This document shows positions 39,992-50,809 of a DNA stretch of 64,000 nt, one piece after another. The notes beneath the pieces were generated by a model. The model did not search any database. It was not told where the DNA came from and was given only the letters and a program-made list of their open reading frames with translations. The translations under genes and the position numbers were made by a program. The stretch's first letter is position 1; the number at the start of each line of letters is the position of its first letter. This DNA comes from SAR324 cluster bacterium JCVI-SC AAA005 (GTDB lineage: Bacteria; SAR324; NAC60-12), in assembly GCA_000224765.2 (NCBI GenBank), contig AGAU01000064.1:12508-76507 (forward strand). The letters are read 5' to 3'.

Positions 39992-41662
39992 ATGATGGTG
40001 GAAATTGAAGAGCAGACCGGAGCTCAACTTCTCGTCCAGTGTCTACAAAATTTGGGTGTAAAAAATAGCTTTGGTGTCCCAGGGGAATCCTACTTGGCGG
40101 TATTAGATGCTCTTCATGATGCTGACATTAAATTTACCCTCTGTAGACAGGAAGGATCTGCTAGTTTTGCCGCATGTGCTTGGGGTAAGCTGACTGGCAT
40201 GCCAGGAATATGTTTTGTGACTCGAGGACCTGGAGCCACTAATGGATCAATTGGAGTCCATTCTGCTCGTCAAGATAGCTCTCCGATGATTCTTTTCGTA
40301 GGGCAGGTTAATGTTGACCATAAAGATAGAGAGGCTTTTCAGGAAGTGGACTATAGGGCTTTTTTTGGCCCTTTGGCAAAATGGGCTACTGAGATTGATA
40401 ATGTTAAGCGCATTCCAGAGATTGTTAGCCGCGCTTGGCGCTGTGCGTTGTCAGGCCGACCTGGGCCAGTCGTGATTGGATTACCTGAGGACATGTTAAC
40501 CAATCGTACTTCTGTAGAGCCTTGTCAACCAATTGAAGTAGCTGAGGCTGGGGTTGATCTTTCCCAAACTGATGCACTGACAAGGATTCTCAACGAGTCG
40601 GAGCGGCCGCTGATCCTCATTGGAGGAGGAGGTTGGAGAGAAACAGGTAAATCTGCTATTCAGAGGTTTGCAGAGCTTCATAATTTTCCTGTTTCAGCTA
40701 TTTTTCGCTATCACGACCTCATTGACAACCATAGCCATATTTACGTTGGAGACGCCGGTGTAGGAATGGCTGACCATCTTGCTAAAATGGTCAAAAATTC
40801 AGATGTCATTTTGGTAATCAATGCGCGCTTGGGGGAGGCAGCCACTAAGTCTTGGTCACTCTTGAAAGTGCCCTATCCTCGTCAAAAATTGATTCATGTT
40901 CACGCCTGCGACTCAGAAATCGGCAAAATATATCAACCGGGTCTTAGTTTTCATTCAAACCCAAATCAGTTTGCTCAGTTTCTTGAGAGCTTGGAAATTG
41001 ATGGTAAAAATCTTACCCAGAGAACTTCTTGGATGACTAAGGGGCACTCTGACTATCTTTCATCTTTGTTAGCTCCTCCACAACAAAGTCCCGTTGACAT
41101 GTCAGCAGTCATGAATTTCCTGCGAGAAAGACTAGAGCAAGACGCCATCATAACAAACGGTGCAGGAAATTTTGCATTTTGGCCAAATAAACATTTTTGC
41201 TTTGGTCCTAAACAAAGGCTGCTGGCTCCACAAAGTGGTGCCATGGGCTATGGACTACCAGCGGCGATTGCTGCAGCACTTGCCTATCCTAAACGGCAGG
41301 TTGTCTGTTTTGCTGGTGATGGTGATCTGCAAATGGGATTATCTGAACTCGGCACTGCCGTTCAGCATGGTGCCAGACTGATTATTTTAGTTTTGAATAA
41401 TGGAGCGTATGGGACTATCCGAATGCATCAGGAGAAAAAGTATCCAAGTAGAGTGTCTGGAACGAATTTATACAATCCTGATTTTGCAGCAGTTGCTGAG
41501 GCGTTTGGAACGAAAGGGTTTTGTGTTAGACAAACTGAGGATTTTGCAGAGACCTTCGAAAAAGCTTATAGGTCAAAAAATGGGGCTCTGCTGGAATTGA
41601 TGGTCAGCGTCGAGGCCATTACCCCAAGGAAGACTATCTCCGATCTCCGCTCAGGGCACTAG
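39992..41662 (+). CDS. Thiamine pyrophosphate-dependent enzyme (acetolactate synthase large subunit-like)
   Basis: FGVPGESY, RGPGATN, SGAMGYG and GDGD...LNNG; no ilvH/ilvN nearby. Confidence 0.9.
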   Translation: MMVEIEEQTGAQLLVQCLQNLGVKNSFGVPGESYLAVLDALHDADIKFTLCRQEGSASFAACAWGKLTGMPGICFVTRGPGATNGSIGVHSARQDSSPMILFVGQVNVDHKDREAFQEVDYRAFFGPLAKWATEIDNVKRIPEIVSRAWRCALSGRPGPVVIGLPEDMLTNRTSVEPCQPIEVAEAGVDLSQTDALTRILNESERPLILIGGGGWRETGKSAIQRFAELHNFPVSAIFRYHDLIDNHSHIYVGDAGVGMADHLAKMVKNSDVILVINARLGEAATKSWSLLKVPYPRQKLIHVHACDSEIGKIYQPGLSFHSNPNQFAQFLESLEIDGKNLTQRTSWMTKGHSDYLSSLLAPPQQSPVDMSAVMNFLRERLEQDAIITNGAGNFAFWPNKHFCFGPKQRLLAPQSGAMGYGLPAAIAAALAYPKRQVVCFAGDGDLQMGLSELGTAVQHGARLIILVLNNGAYGTIRMHQEKKYPSRVSGTNLYNPDFAAVAEAFGTKGFCVRQTEDFAETFEKAYRSKNGALLELMVSVEAITPRKTISDLRSGH

Positions 41663-41785
41663 TACGATAGTTTTGGGTTGAGAAGGAATCAAATGAATAA
41701 TCTACTTCGTATGCTGCAAAGGATCTGAAGAAATTATTAGATCAAAAACATTAAATGTGGGGAGAGTTCTTTGAAAATACTATTA

Positions 41786-42007
41786 CTAGAATACGTTTCT
41801 CACAATTTCGAACAATTCCATAACGACTCTCGAGAAAGAGTACAAAATGATTGCTCCACAGACTGTCAAATCTCCTTCCCCCTTCGTAGGGTGAAAGAGC
41901 ATGACCATAGCTGAAGGAATCTCTAAAGCTTCGCTCTCAACTCTTCTTTGTCTGAATAAAATCAAAATGGTGAAGGCACCACCCAGTAGAAATAACCAAA
42001 CTACCAT
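41786..42007 (-). CDS. Small hypothetical membrane-anchored protein
   Basis: G-rich RBS-like run; N-terminal hydrophobic helix followed by RQRR. Confidence 0.3.
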   Translation of the reverse strand: MVVWLFLLGGAFTILILFRQRRVESEALEIPSAMVMLFHPTKGEGDLTVCGAIILYSFSRVVMELFEIVRNVF

Positions 42008-42249
42008 AGATTAACCCCCCGCTAAAACCTTTTAAAGACACTCATATCTCTGTATTTCCAAGCAATTCTGAATCCAGAATAAGTCCTTAGTTCAATTAAC
42101 ATACAGATCTTAAGATTTTGGCAGTGGTGCCAAACAGTTCTAAAATGTAGTAAGGACCATTTGGTAACAATCTGAAACAGGTTGAAATGAGGAAGAATCA
42201 CGGCTTTAGTGAGAATGGGGTCCGAAGAGCCTTAGATTTTTTATGGGTT

Positions 42250-42561
42250 GATGGATGCTTGCTCTTCCCATGCATCTTGTCAAAGCTCAAATACATAGGC
42301 GTCTCCGCCTGAATAAGTCACCTCCGTACCATCGTTTTGAAACAAGTCATAGTACTTGGGGCAATTTCACCAGTTTGCTTTGCTTGAAAACTCTATGTAC
42401 TAACAATCAGCTTGATATCTTTTGACTTCTGCCAACAAGGGTGAACAGTTGGTTTGATAATTCTTTAACCACCAACATTAACTGTATGAACCCTAGCGTT
42501 TACTCGGTGTGCTATCCTCGTCAGCATTGTTTGCGGAAGTTTTTACTTCAATAAATGCCAT
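42250..42561 (-). pseudogene. Heavily degraded cupin-domain gene
   Basis: GGAGGAG RBS and MAFIEVK start; fragments VHTVNVGG, TVHP.W and DGTEVTYSGGDAYV....DAW spread over several frames with stops. Confidence 0.55.
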
Positions 42562-43128
42562 GACTCCTCCAAAAAAAGTATTGTTTTGGACTGAAGATCT
42601 GAAAATAGTGTGTATTCAGATGATCAACTTGCAGTAGATCAAAGTCAGCAATTCAATTGAAAGTCAAGTTAAGCAAAAAAATTTACACTCAACTAAATCA
42701 CCCCATATGAGTTGACCAGCCAAGTGAAAACAACGATATAAAGAATGAGGACCAAAAATAACGAATAGGACGTGGGATTCATTTGCTTTACTCCTGATGA
42801 ACGAATTTTGGAAAGGTGCCAATAAAGCTACAAAGCAGATTTTGGAGCCCACGTTATCTGGAATGCCATGGGCATAAAGGTAACAAGAAAAAAAATATCA
42901 ATTACAAGTCAGCTAATGGCAAGGTGGGTTAGACAATTAGCTACAGGAAAATCGGTCCATTACGTAATGAGAAGAAAGTTCACGAAGAGTTAGGAACTAA
43001 TACTATCAATTTTACCGAAAAAGAGCCTTTTAAAAAAAGTAGACTTAAAACGAATTAAGCAAATATTTTTTTGAGAATAAATTAAATTGATTAGCAATGA
43101 AATCAATTTTTTAGTGAAGGGAATGTAA

Positions 43129-44718
43129 TTAAATCTTAGAATCATTTGTATCGAGCATTTCCTCAAACTTCCGAGCCCGGACCTTCTTCACAATAAAATC
43201 AATATTCTTGATGGTCTTCCGAAGTTCCTCGTCTTTTTCAAGGCTTCCTTTTGCCTGAGTCATGCTTTGGATAATCACTCCTATGACTAGATTCAAAATT
43301 ACCAGACCGCTGACGATGATGAAGCTGATAAAATAGAATACAGCGGTCAATGGCATTTTTACAGGATTTGTACACAAACTTGGATTGTCCCCATAGCCAT
43401 ATTCGGCACAACTGTACATCTGAATGTACATTAGATCAGTCCAATCCTCAAATGTGGCAGCTCGGAATAAGGACACCATACTGATTGGGAGATTTCCAAA
43501 ATGGATTGGGTCATTTTCTGAAAAAATTGTGGTGCCAATCACCCCGTAAATATAAATCAAAAGTAACAGGAGAATTCCTACAAAGCCAATGGGTTTGGTA
43601 CTCTGAAGCAGTGAAATGACGATGATTCTTAATTGGGGAACTTGGCGGAAAATTCTTGTAAATCTGAGGAGTCTGATAACCCTGAGGATAAATGGATAAG
43701 ATCCAAAAGGAAGAAATGACCCAACCACAAGAAGGCTATCAAAAACATTCCATCCATCAGAAAAGAAAGCCAAGGGCTTATTCCATTTTGGTAGAAAGCG
43801 AATAAGAATTTCGACAAGAAAAATATACTTGATGACCGTGTTGATTGAATAGAACAAGATGGAATAGTCTTTTACCAAAGTTTCACTGGTTTCTAAACCT
43901 ACAACCACACCTGTCAAAATAATTAAAAGGTTGATGGAGTTTTGAAACCATGGGCTTTGCTCAATATTGCTCAGCCAACAAAGGGGGCTAGGTGCTGGTT
44001 GATTATACTCTATACCCGGCTCGACACCTAGATTCTCAAGCAACAACTTGTAAACGATTTTCTCCTCATCTGTGAATTCATCATCTGAGAAGATGATTTC
44101 TTCGACCATTGTTCGAATACTGATTTTTTGATGATCATCAATCTTGTTGAGTTTTCTGAGATCACCACCAACTTTCTGAATTTGGCTCTCCAGATCAAGG
44201 TCTTTGAGGTTCTGGTAAGCCTCATTATAATAAACTCGAATATCTGGACCCATGTACTTGATCCAGATCTCGGCAAATTCGTCGATGCTGGCGAAATCCG
44301 AGCAAGAAACATAATTTAGAACATTGAGGTACTCAAATAATTCGACACTTGGTTCAATTTCATAGGTATTAATTTGGAGCAGACTTTTGGCGAGATCATA
44401 GAATTTCCTCTCGGAGGAGAGGACTTCATCATCCGCAAAAATGATCTCCTCAAACATGAGAAGAATTTCTTTTTTTGCGGAATCTTCCTCCCCCTTCAAG
44501 CTAACTAAGCTTTCGCGAGTCAATTTGACTTTTTGACCATCGGTAAGATTGATAAGTTGTTGATTTGCCTGCTTTGAATACTCTTCGTAGCGTTCGCCAA
44601 GGTGCTTGGAGACAATCTTGTCAATTCTTTTTTCCGACTCATGATCTGACAATGAGATGACGTTCAACATCTTTAGACAGATAACTAGGTTCAGAGGATT
44701 TCGCAATCGATCAATCAT
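43129..44718 (-). CDS. BacNav-family voltage-gated cation channel with an N-terminal tandem TerB-like domain pair
   Basis: WNVFD in S3; S4 RVIRLLRFTRIFR; filter TFEDWTD; S6 LNLVIGVII; duplicated EEIIF(A/S)DDE...E motif. Confidence 0.85.
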   Translation of the reverse strand: MIDRLRNPLNLVICLKMLNVISLSDHESEKRIDKIVSKHLGERYEEYSKQANQQLINLTDGQKVKLTRESLVSLKGEEDSAKKEILLMFEEIIFADDEVLSSERKFYDLAKSLLQINTYEIEPSVELFEYLNVLNYVSCSDFASIDEFAEIWIKYMGPDIRVYYNEAYQNLKDLDLESQIQKVGGDLRKLNKIDDHQKISIRTMVEEIIFSDDEFTDEEKIVYKLLLENLGVEPGIEYNQPAPSPLCWLSNIEQSPWFQNSINLLIILTGVVVGLETSETLVKDYSILFYSINTVIKYIFLVEILIRFLPKWNKPLAFFSDGWNVFDSLLVVGSFLPFGSYPFILRVIRLLRFTRIFRQVPQLRIIVISLLQSTKPIGFVGILLLLLIYIYGVIGTTIFSENDPIHFGNLPISMVSLFRAATFEDWTDLMYIQMYSCAEYGYGDNPSLCTNPVKMPLTAVFYFISFIIVSGLVILNLVIGVIIQSMTQAKGSLEKDEELRKTIKNIDFIVKKVRARKFEEMLDTNDSKI

Positions 44719-44986
44719 TAGGATGCAATTAAAAATATTTTTTTAAAATCAATTGTGATTGAAGAACATTATCTTTGAAATTTCATCTGATCATGAATAA
44801 TTAATCTCCATCTTAAAAAATTTTCTCAATTCCCAACAGGTAGAATCCCTCAAAGATACTGAGGACTTCTTTATAGGTTGTCAGTATTCGTGAAATTTGA
44901 AAGCGGTTGGTCTATTTAGCGGGGATAACGAGTTTAAAGTTTCTTCAAATAGATGTTACAAGTATGATTCTTTCATTCCAATATTT

Positions 44987-45898
44987 TTAGTAATTCTTTA
45001 TGATCTCTTCATAATGATCGTTTTGTCTTAGGTTGCGGATCTTTTCAATATGTTCTGGCCCTATTTCACAGCATCCTCCAAGTATTTTTGCTCCCTTTGA
45101 AAGCCACTCCTGCGCAAATTCAGCATAAGTATGAGGGTTTATCTCCTGTCTAGACTTCAGTACGTCTACAGTGGCGTGACCTTGATAAGGTTCTACTGTT
45201 AAAAAACCGTTTGCATACGCTCCCATAGTTTTTACATGGGGAGCTAGTTCACTCAGGGCCTGCGTGGTTGTTTCAGGTGTAGAACAGTTGACCAACAAAG
45301 CACTTGCCCCCTCTGCAAGGACTGCCTGCGCGGCTTTAACAATGAGTTCACCAGACCGTAAAAATGAACCATCTTTTTCATTGACGGTAAAGGCAGTCCA
45401 GACGGGCAAGCCTGATTTCATAGCAACAGATGTACTAATACAGGCCTCTTCGATAGAAGCCATTGTCTCACACAAAAACAGGTCAACGTGTTTATACTGT
45501 TGCTCTAAGATCTGCTGATATTCTTGTTGAGATAATTGAGAACCTAAACGTTCGGATGGTCGGTAACTGCCTGGAAGAGGGGGAAGGCTACCTGCGATTA
45601 ACGTGGACAACCCCATATCATCACAAGCTTGTTTTGCTGCGTTAATGGCAGCCTTTTGCAGGGCTTCAAACTCATCTTGTCTGTTGTATTTAGCAAGTCG
45701 AGTTGGTGTGGCGGCGTAGGAACTGAGTGTAATTACGTCAGCACCGGCTTGGATGAAATCTTGGTGAACTTCTGCCACCAAGTCAGGATGGTCTCGCAAT
45801 ACATCGGCAGACCAAAGTGGTGTTAGTTTATGTTTAGCCCTTTTTACTAACTCCTGGCCCATGCCACCATCAAGAATTATAAACGAATTATTAAGCAT
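44987..45898 (-). CDS. Homocysteine S-methyltransferase family
   Basis: LDGGMGQEL, H.DFI.AGA, ETM, NCS and GGCC. Confidence 0.9.
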   Translation of the reverse strand: MLNNSFIILDGGMGQELVKRAKHKLTPLWSADVLRDHPDLVAEVHQDFIQAGADVITLSSYAATPTRLAKYNRQDEFEALQKAAINAAKQACDDMGLSTLIAGSLPPLPGSYRPSERLGSQLSQQEYQQILEQQYKHVDLFLCETMASIEEACISTSVAMKSGLPVWTAFTVNEKDGSFLRSGELIVKAAQAVLAEGASALLVNCSTPETTTQALSELAPHVKTMGAYANGFLTVEPYQGHATVDVLKSRQEINPHTYAEFAQEWLSKGAKILGGCCEIGPEHIEKIRNLRQNDHYEEIIKNY

Positions 45899-45934
45899 AT
45901 TTGTAAATCAGATTGCAACATAAAATCTACTGAC

Positions 45935-46618
45935 CTATTTGTCTGTACATTCTGGGTTAATGATTCCCAGGGTCGTCTTGACCCTGCAAAGTTGTTTACG
46001 GGAAAGATTTGCGTTTCTTAAAGTTGCTCGTGTTAGGTCTGTATCAATCAACTTAGCTCCACTTAAGTTAGCATTACTTAGGTCAGCTTCCGTGAAGTTA
46101 GAAAGAACCAGATTGGTCATGCTCAAGTTTGCATTTTTTAGAATCGCTCCCCGGGCGTTGGCCCTTTCCAACTTGGCCCCAATTAATTCTACTCCGAGTA
46201 GATTGGTACCTGTTAGATTTGCCGAACTCAGAACTGCACCGGTTAAATTTGCATTGCTTAATTTGGCCCCGCTTAAATCAGCACCTGTCAAATTGGCTTT
46301 TCTAAGATTTGCACCCACTAGATTTGCATTGCTCAAGTTTGCCCCGCTTAGGTCAACTCTACGTAAGTCAGCACCCACTAATGAGGCCTCCTTTAAAGTT
46401 GCTTGACGCAAACTGGATTTATTTAAATTTACTTTCCGTAAAGTTGCTCCACTGAGATTAGCCATATCAAGGTCGATACCATTTAGTTCAGCCTGACTGA
46501 GATCACATTTTTCACAATTGTTGAGCATCAAAAGCCACTCTAAATCCTTTTGTTCGAGAGCAAAAACCTGAAAACCCATAAGAGAAGCGACTACGGGAAG
46601 AATAATATGTCGTTTCAT
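45935..46618 (-). CDS. Exported pentapeptide repeat protein
   Basis: Signal peptide; CEKCDLS; long A(N/D)Lxx array; C-terminal Cys pair. Confidence 0.9.
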   Translation of the reverse strand: MKRHIILPVVASLMGFQVFALEQKDLEWLLMLNNCEKCDLSQAELNGIDLDMANLSGATLRKVNLNKSSLRQATLKEASLVGADLRRVDLSGANLSNANLVGANLRKANLTGADLSGAKLSNANLTGAVLSSANLTGTNLLGVELIGAKLERANARGAILKNANLSMTNLVLSNFTEADLSNANLSGAKLIDTDLTRATLRNANLSRKQLCRVKTTLGIINPECTDK

Positions 46619-46881
46619 GAGTACTTTAAGAGTTGTGGTTTAAAAGTGTATGTCAGGAAATGCAATAAGCTAAATCTGACCTGTATCGAACCAGAAAACA
46701 AACGAACATTCTGACTCCTGCTCTTCGGCATTAGGAGAAATCATGTGATTAACAATTGTATTGAGGTGCACGCCACGCACTTCGGAGGCCAAACTAGTTG
46801 ATGAAAGTCAGTTTAGTAAAAGTTGAAAAATCAAATTTAGGTTTTTTTGCAGTCTGTATAGCAATTGGACTTACAATAATT

Positions 46882-48468
46882 CTATAATTTTTTTGCCTGC
46901 TCCCGTAGTTCTATTTTACGGATTTTGCCTGTAGCCGTCTCCAGTAGGTCACAAAAAATGTAAAACTTTGGGACTTTAAAACCAGCCAGAACTGTTCGAC
47001 AGTGGAGACGAAGTTCTTTCGCAGTTGAGGTCATTCCTTGTTTAAACTCAATAAATGCATAAGGCACTTCTCCCCAAAATTCATCAGGTCGGGCGACTAC
47101 TGCGGCAATACTCACATCTGGGTGATTGTGAAGCACGGCTTCGACTTTTAAGCTGGAAATATTTTCACCTCCAGAAATGATAATATCTTTTGAGCGGTCG
47201 GGTATTTCAAAATCCCCATTTGGATGGACCACAGCAATATTACCAGTATGAAAACCACCACCCCGAAATGCCGTTTCAGTCGCTTCTGGGTTGTGATAAT
47301 ATCGAGCGAAGAGTGTGTTACCTGATAAAAGAATCTCACCGTTCGTGATCCCATCCCAAGGCACTTCTTTCCCTTTTTCATCAAGCACTTTGATACGATT
47401 CGCCGTGGAGTGCCTCACCCCCTGCCGAGCAAGCAATTTAGCTTTCTCTTCAGTGTTTAGCTTTTCCTCCAGTTCATTTAACAGTCGTAACGAAGTTGGA
47501 CCAAAGCTTTCTGTGAGGCCGTAGAGGTGGATAAAGTCAAAGCCAAACCTCTCCATGTTTTCAATCAAACGATTAGTTGGTGATGCCCCCCAGTTGCTAA
47601 AGTGATACGCCGAGCAGGTTGAAAATTCTCGATGGCAGCATGACCAAGCAACATGTAGACTACCACAGGAGCACATGAGAAATGGGTGATTTCCAGTTCT
47701 TGTCATGCTTTTACAATTAAAGCTGGATCAACAAGACTCAGACAAACATGAGTACCCCCTGCCGCAGTGATTGCCCAAGTATGGCACCACTCATTGCAGT
47801 GAAACATTGGTAGAGTCCAAAGATATTTCGTCAATCGTCCAAAACCTAGTCCCAAAACATTTCCAAGCGTATTGAGGTAAGCTTCACGATGATGAAGAAC
47901 CACTCCCTTGAGAGTGTCAGTTGTTCCAGATGTATAATTCAAAGCGATTGGAGCCCATTCATCTCTTGTTTCTAAACAGAGATCTCCAAGACTGATTTAT
48001 CTGACAATTAGAATATTCAAATTATCAGATTCATTTTCTGAAAATACCTCAACTGGAATGCCGACACTCTTTGCAGCTTGCTTTGCAGTTGCCGCAGATG
48101 TGGGATCACATAGGAGGAGTTTGCTCTCCGTATGTTTCAGAATCCAACCCACTTTTGATGAATCCAAGCGGGTATTGATTGAGTTTAGTATAGCTCCAAT
48201 TGAGGGGACTGCATAATGGGCCGCAAGCATCTCTGGGCGATTAACTACCATGACGGAAACCACGTCATCAGATTCGATATGCATTTCACCGGGATAATTT
48301 TGAAGTCGACCGACAATGCTACCGAATTGGCAATAATTCCAGAATTGCTCTCACCAAATCACAGCTTGTGAATCCGGCTGATCCCTTATTGCTCAATTTA
48401 AAAAAATCCAATGGTGTAAGTGGTTGAAAGTTGTCTGGTCTTGCGGAAAGATAGGTTTCATTTCGCAT
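46882..48468 (-). pseudogene. Acyl-CoA synthetase (AMP-binding, DmdB/AlkK-like), fragmented
   Basis: PLTPLDF start, NYTSGTT, PMFHCN.W, YGLTE, IISGGENISS and ATGKI.K spread over three or more frames. Confidence 0.85.
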
Positions 48469-48551
48469 TTTCAGATCTCAAACGGATTGATTCTCAAAAT
48501 ATTTATCCTGAGTAGCAATTTTTCTCGTTCCACAGCATGCTACAGAAATTT

Positions 48552-48917
48552 TTAATAAATTTGGAAAAACAATAGGTTATGCTCTTCTCGGAAGCTCAGT
48601 CGCTTTGTTACAGTATGTGGACAGCTATATCTTTTCAGTAATTCTGATTCGAGCGCAATCTCCCTCATTTCATTAAGTTTGGAGGTAATATTGTCCTCCA
48701 ACAAATACAAAAACCCTTTTTGGAGAAGATATTTTTCGTCAAAAGTATCGTCTTCTATTTCGTAATTCCATTCTTCCAAAAGTGAAATTTGCTGATTACG
48801 ATCTTCTAAGCAATCAAGTATATTTTCAAAAATTTCATTCATTTCATCTAACTCAAAAGTTGAGTATTTTTTCTGATTTGGAAGACAATTGAGTTCTTGC
48901 ATGGCAAACGCAATCAA
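48552..48917 (-). CDS. Acidic hypothetical protein
   Basis: 121-aa ORF with helical acidic composition; no family recognised. Confidence 0.35.
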   Translation of the reverse strand: MIAFAMQELNCLPNQKKYSTFELDEMNEIFENILDCLEDRNQQISLLEEWNYEIEDDTFDEKYLLQKGFLYLLEDNITSKLNEMREIALESELLKRYSCPHTVTKRLSFREEHNLLFFQIY

Positions 48918-49254
48918 GATTAATAATGCTTCTTTCAGATTTTGCCTTCCAGTTATTTTTCAGAGCAAAAAATCGGATCAAATGATTTGAAGAAAATGAG
49001 CAGTCTTTAATTTATTAAATAAATTATTATGCTGTATAAAATAATGTATTGTTTACCTTGTCTACAGCATTATTTTTAGAGATATGGTGAGACCTTGAAA
49101 ATGTTTTATGTGATGAATCGTTTGACTGATGAAAATCCTAATTCTTCTATATGGAAATGTCTTCAGGGATCTGTAAGTTTACTTGGATATATTATTATAA
49201 GCTTTAGGTGCTGATAATAATTTTTTTTAAAAATTAATTGCTTATTAAGGGCAA

Positions 49255-49761
49255 ATGGCAATGGTAAAGATAGGGCAATTTATACCAGATGTTGAAGTCT
49301 TATGGGTTACAGAATCAAAAGTAGATACAATAAATCTCAGTCAAAAACTCGCAGGTCGAAAAGTGGCCATCTTTGGGATGCCAGGTGCTTTCACTGATAC
49401 CTGCTCAGAGTTACATCTCCCAAATATCTTAGTAAATAAAAATGATTTGTTGACAATGGGGGTTGAGGAAATTTGTATTCTGACAGTTAATGATGCATTT
49501 GTTCTGGGGGCTTGGGGTAGATCAAAAGGAATTTTTAAAGAAGAAGTGGCAATAATTGGAGATTCAGCATCTGAATTTACCAAAAGTATGTGCTTGAATT
49601 TCACTGTACCAGCAATTGGTTTTTATGAACGATCCATGCGCTATGCAATGCTAACTGAAGATGGAATTGTAAAACATTTTTTGATAGAAAAGACACAATC
49701 TAAGATTACTACCTCTGGTGCTGATGCTCTTATTGAAGCAATCTCTAAGTCCTCAACCTGA
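49255..49761 (+). CDS. Peroxiredoxin (Prx5/Redoxin family)
   Basis: PGAFTDTCS.LH.P, VNDAFVL.AW and RS.RYAM. Confidence 0.9.
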   Translation: MAMVKIGQFIPDVEVLWVTESKVDTINLSQKLAGRKVAIFGMPGAFTDTCSELHLPNILVNKNDLLTMGVEEICILTVNDAFVLGAWGRSKGIFKEEVAIIGDSASEFTKSMCLNFTVPAIGFYERSMRYAMLTEDGIVKHFLIEKTQSKITTSGADALIEAISKSST

Positions 49762-49879
49762 ATATTCAGGTATATACAATTCACAATAATTCTGGAACGT
49801 GTTTCTGATTTCAACAAAATCGAGCTGATTCCTTTGCTTTTCATCAGGTTTGGCTGATTCTATAAGAATTGTTTTTTTT

Positions 49880-50340
49880 ACAAAATTGTTTGAGTTACTA
49901 GTCGTGGTTAAGGAAATCCATGATATTGCTAAGATTGAAACATGCAGTGGTTCATAGGTTTATCAGGACCTCCAGGTCCCACCTAGATCAAAAAAAGCGA
50001 TCGATGCTTCTGTTGTTTCACCTTTAAGCCCAGGTGTTGGAAATTTGGTAGGTAAATTGGCCACAACTGGGCTTGCTTACTTTCAAGCGGTGGACACAAA
50101 AAAACAAATGCCTGAAGCAGAACTCATGATTGATTGTCTAGTGGATCCGCAGCTTATGTTGCAATGGGAATAGTCCCTATGGCACTTAGTAAGCAACAGG
50201 CTGTATCTATTATCAGGCCAGCAAAATATTGTGGTGTTGGGGGGTCAATCCAACAATTGGGACTCTCGATATCCAGAGATTAAAGCTTTAGCCAGGAGTT
50301 TTGATATATGAGTTTTGCTAGGTTGGTGAAGGGTCCTGCT
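49880..50340 (+). pseudogene. Amidase-signature family remnant
   Basis: Fragments VVKEIHD, GKLATTGLAY and SGSAAYVAMGIVPMALS....SIIRPAKYCGV with stops and frameshifts. Confidence 0.6.
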
Positions 50341-50809
50341 CTTTTAATTGAAAGCCTTACAGGTAACTAGTGAATGGTTGAGTGTAGAGAAGATAATCGA
50401 TCATGAAAAATTGATCTTTTTCATACTTCGTATTGGGACACTGCCAGTGATGATTTATCTAAGGAACAAGACAGCTAGTTTATAATCTTAAATCGATGGA
50501 TGATATATTTTTAGATTAGTTTTAGCCAAATGAATTCAGTGGTTCAGTGAAACTCCACAAGAGAGTATTTGCGAGAGAAGCATTTGATGCCATTTATTTC
50601 GAATGGAATGCTTACCGGTCTTTGGTCGGTTCTGACTGGGCATTGTCTTAGGGGTAGGAGAAATCAAACAGAGTGTGGCTGAAGTGAACCAAAATGTTGA
50701 TGTTTGAATGATGATTAGAAGATTCCTACCAGTATTTTGGAGGTAATAATTTACAGTTTCGGGACGTTCATTTTTAAGCAAAAGATAGTGACAGCTTGTA
50801 TAAAATTGA

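Noticed and set aside
45939-46406. Repetitive DNA and an antisense ORF suggesting an array; Qnr-like resistance
   Set aside because: The 15-nt periodicity is explained by the pentapeptide coding repeat; the signal peptide argues against a cytoplasmic Qnr
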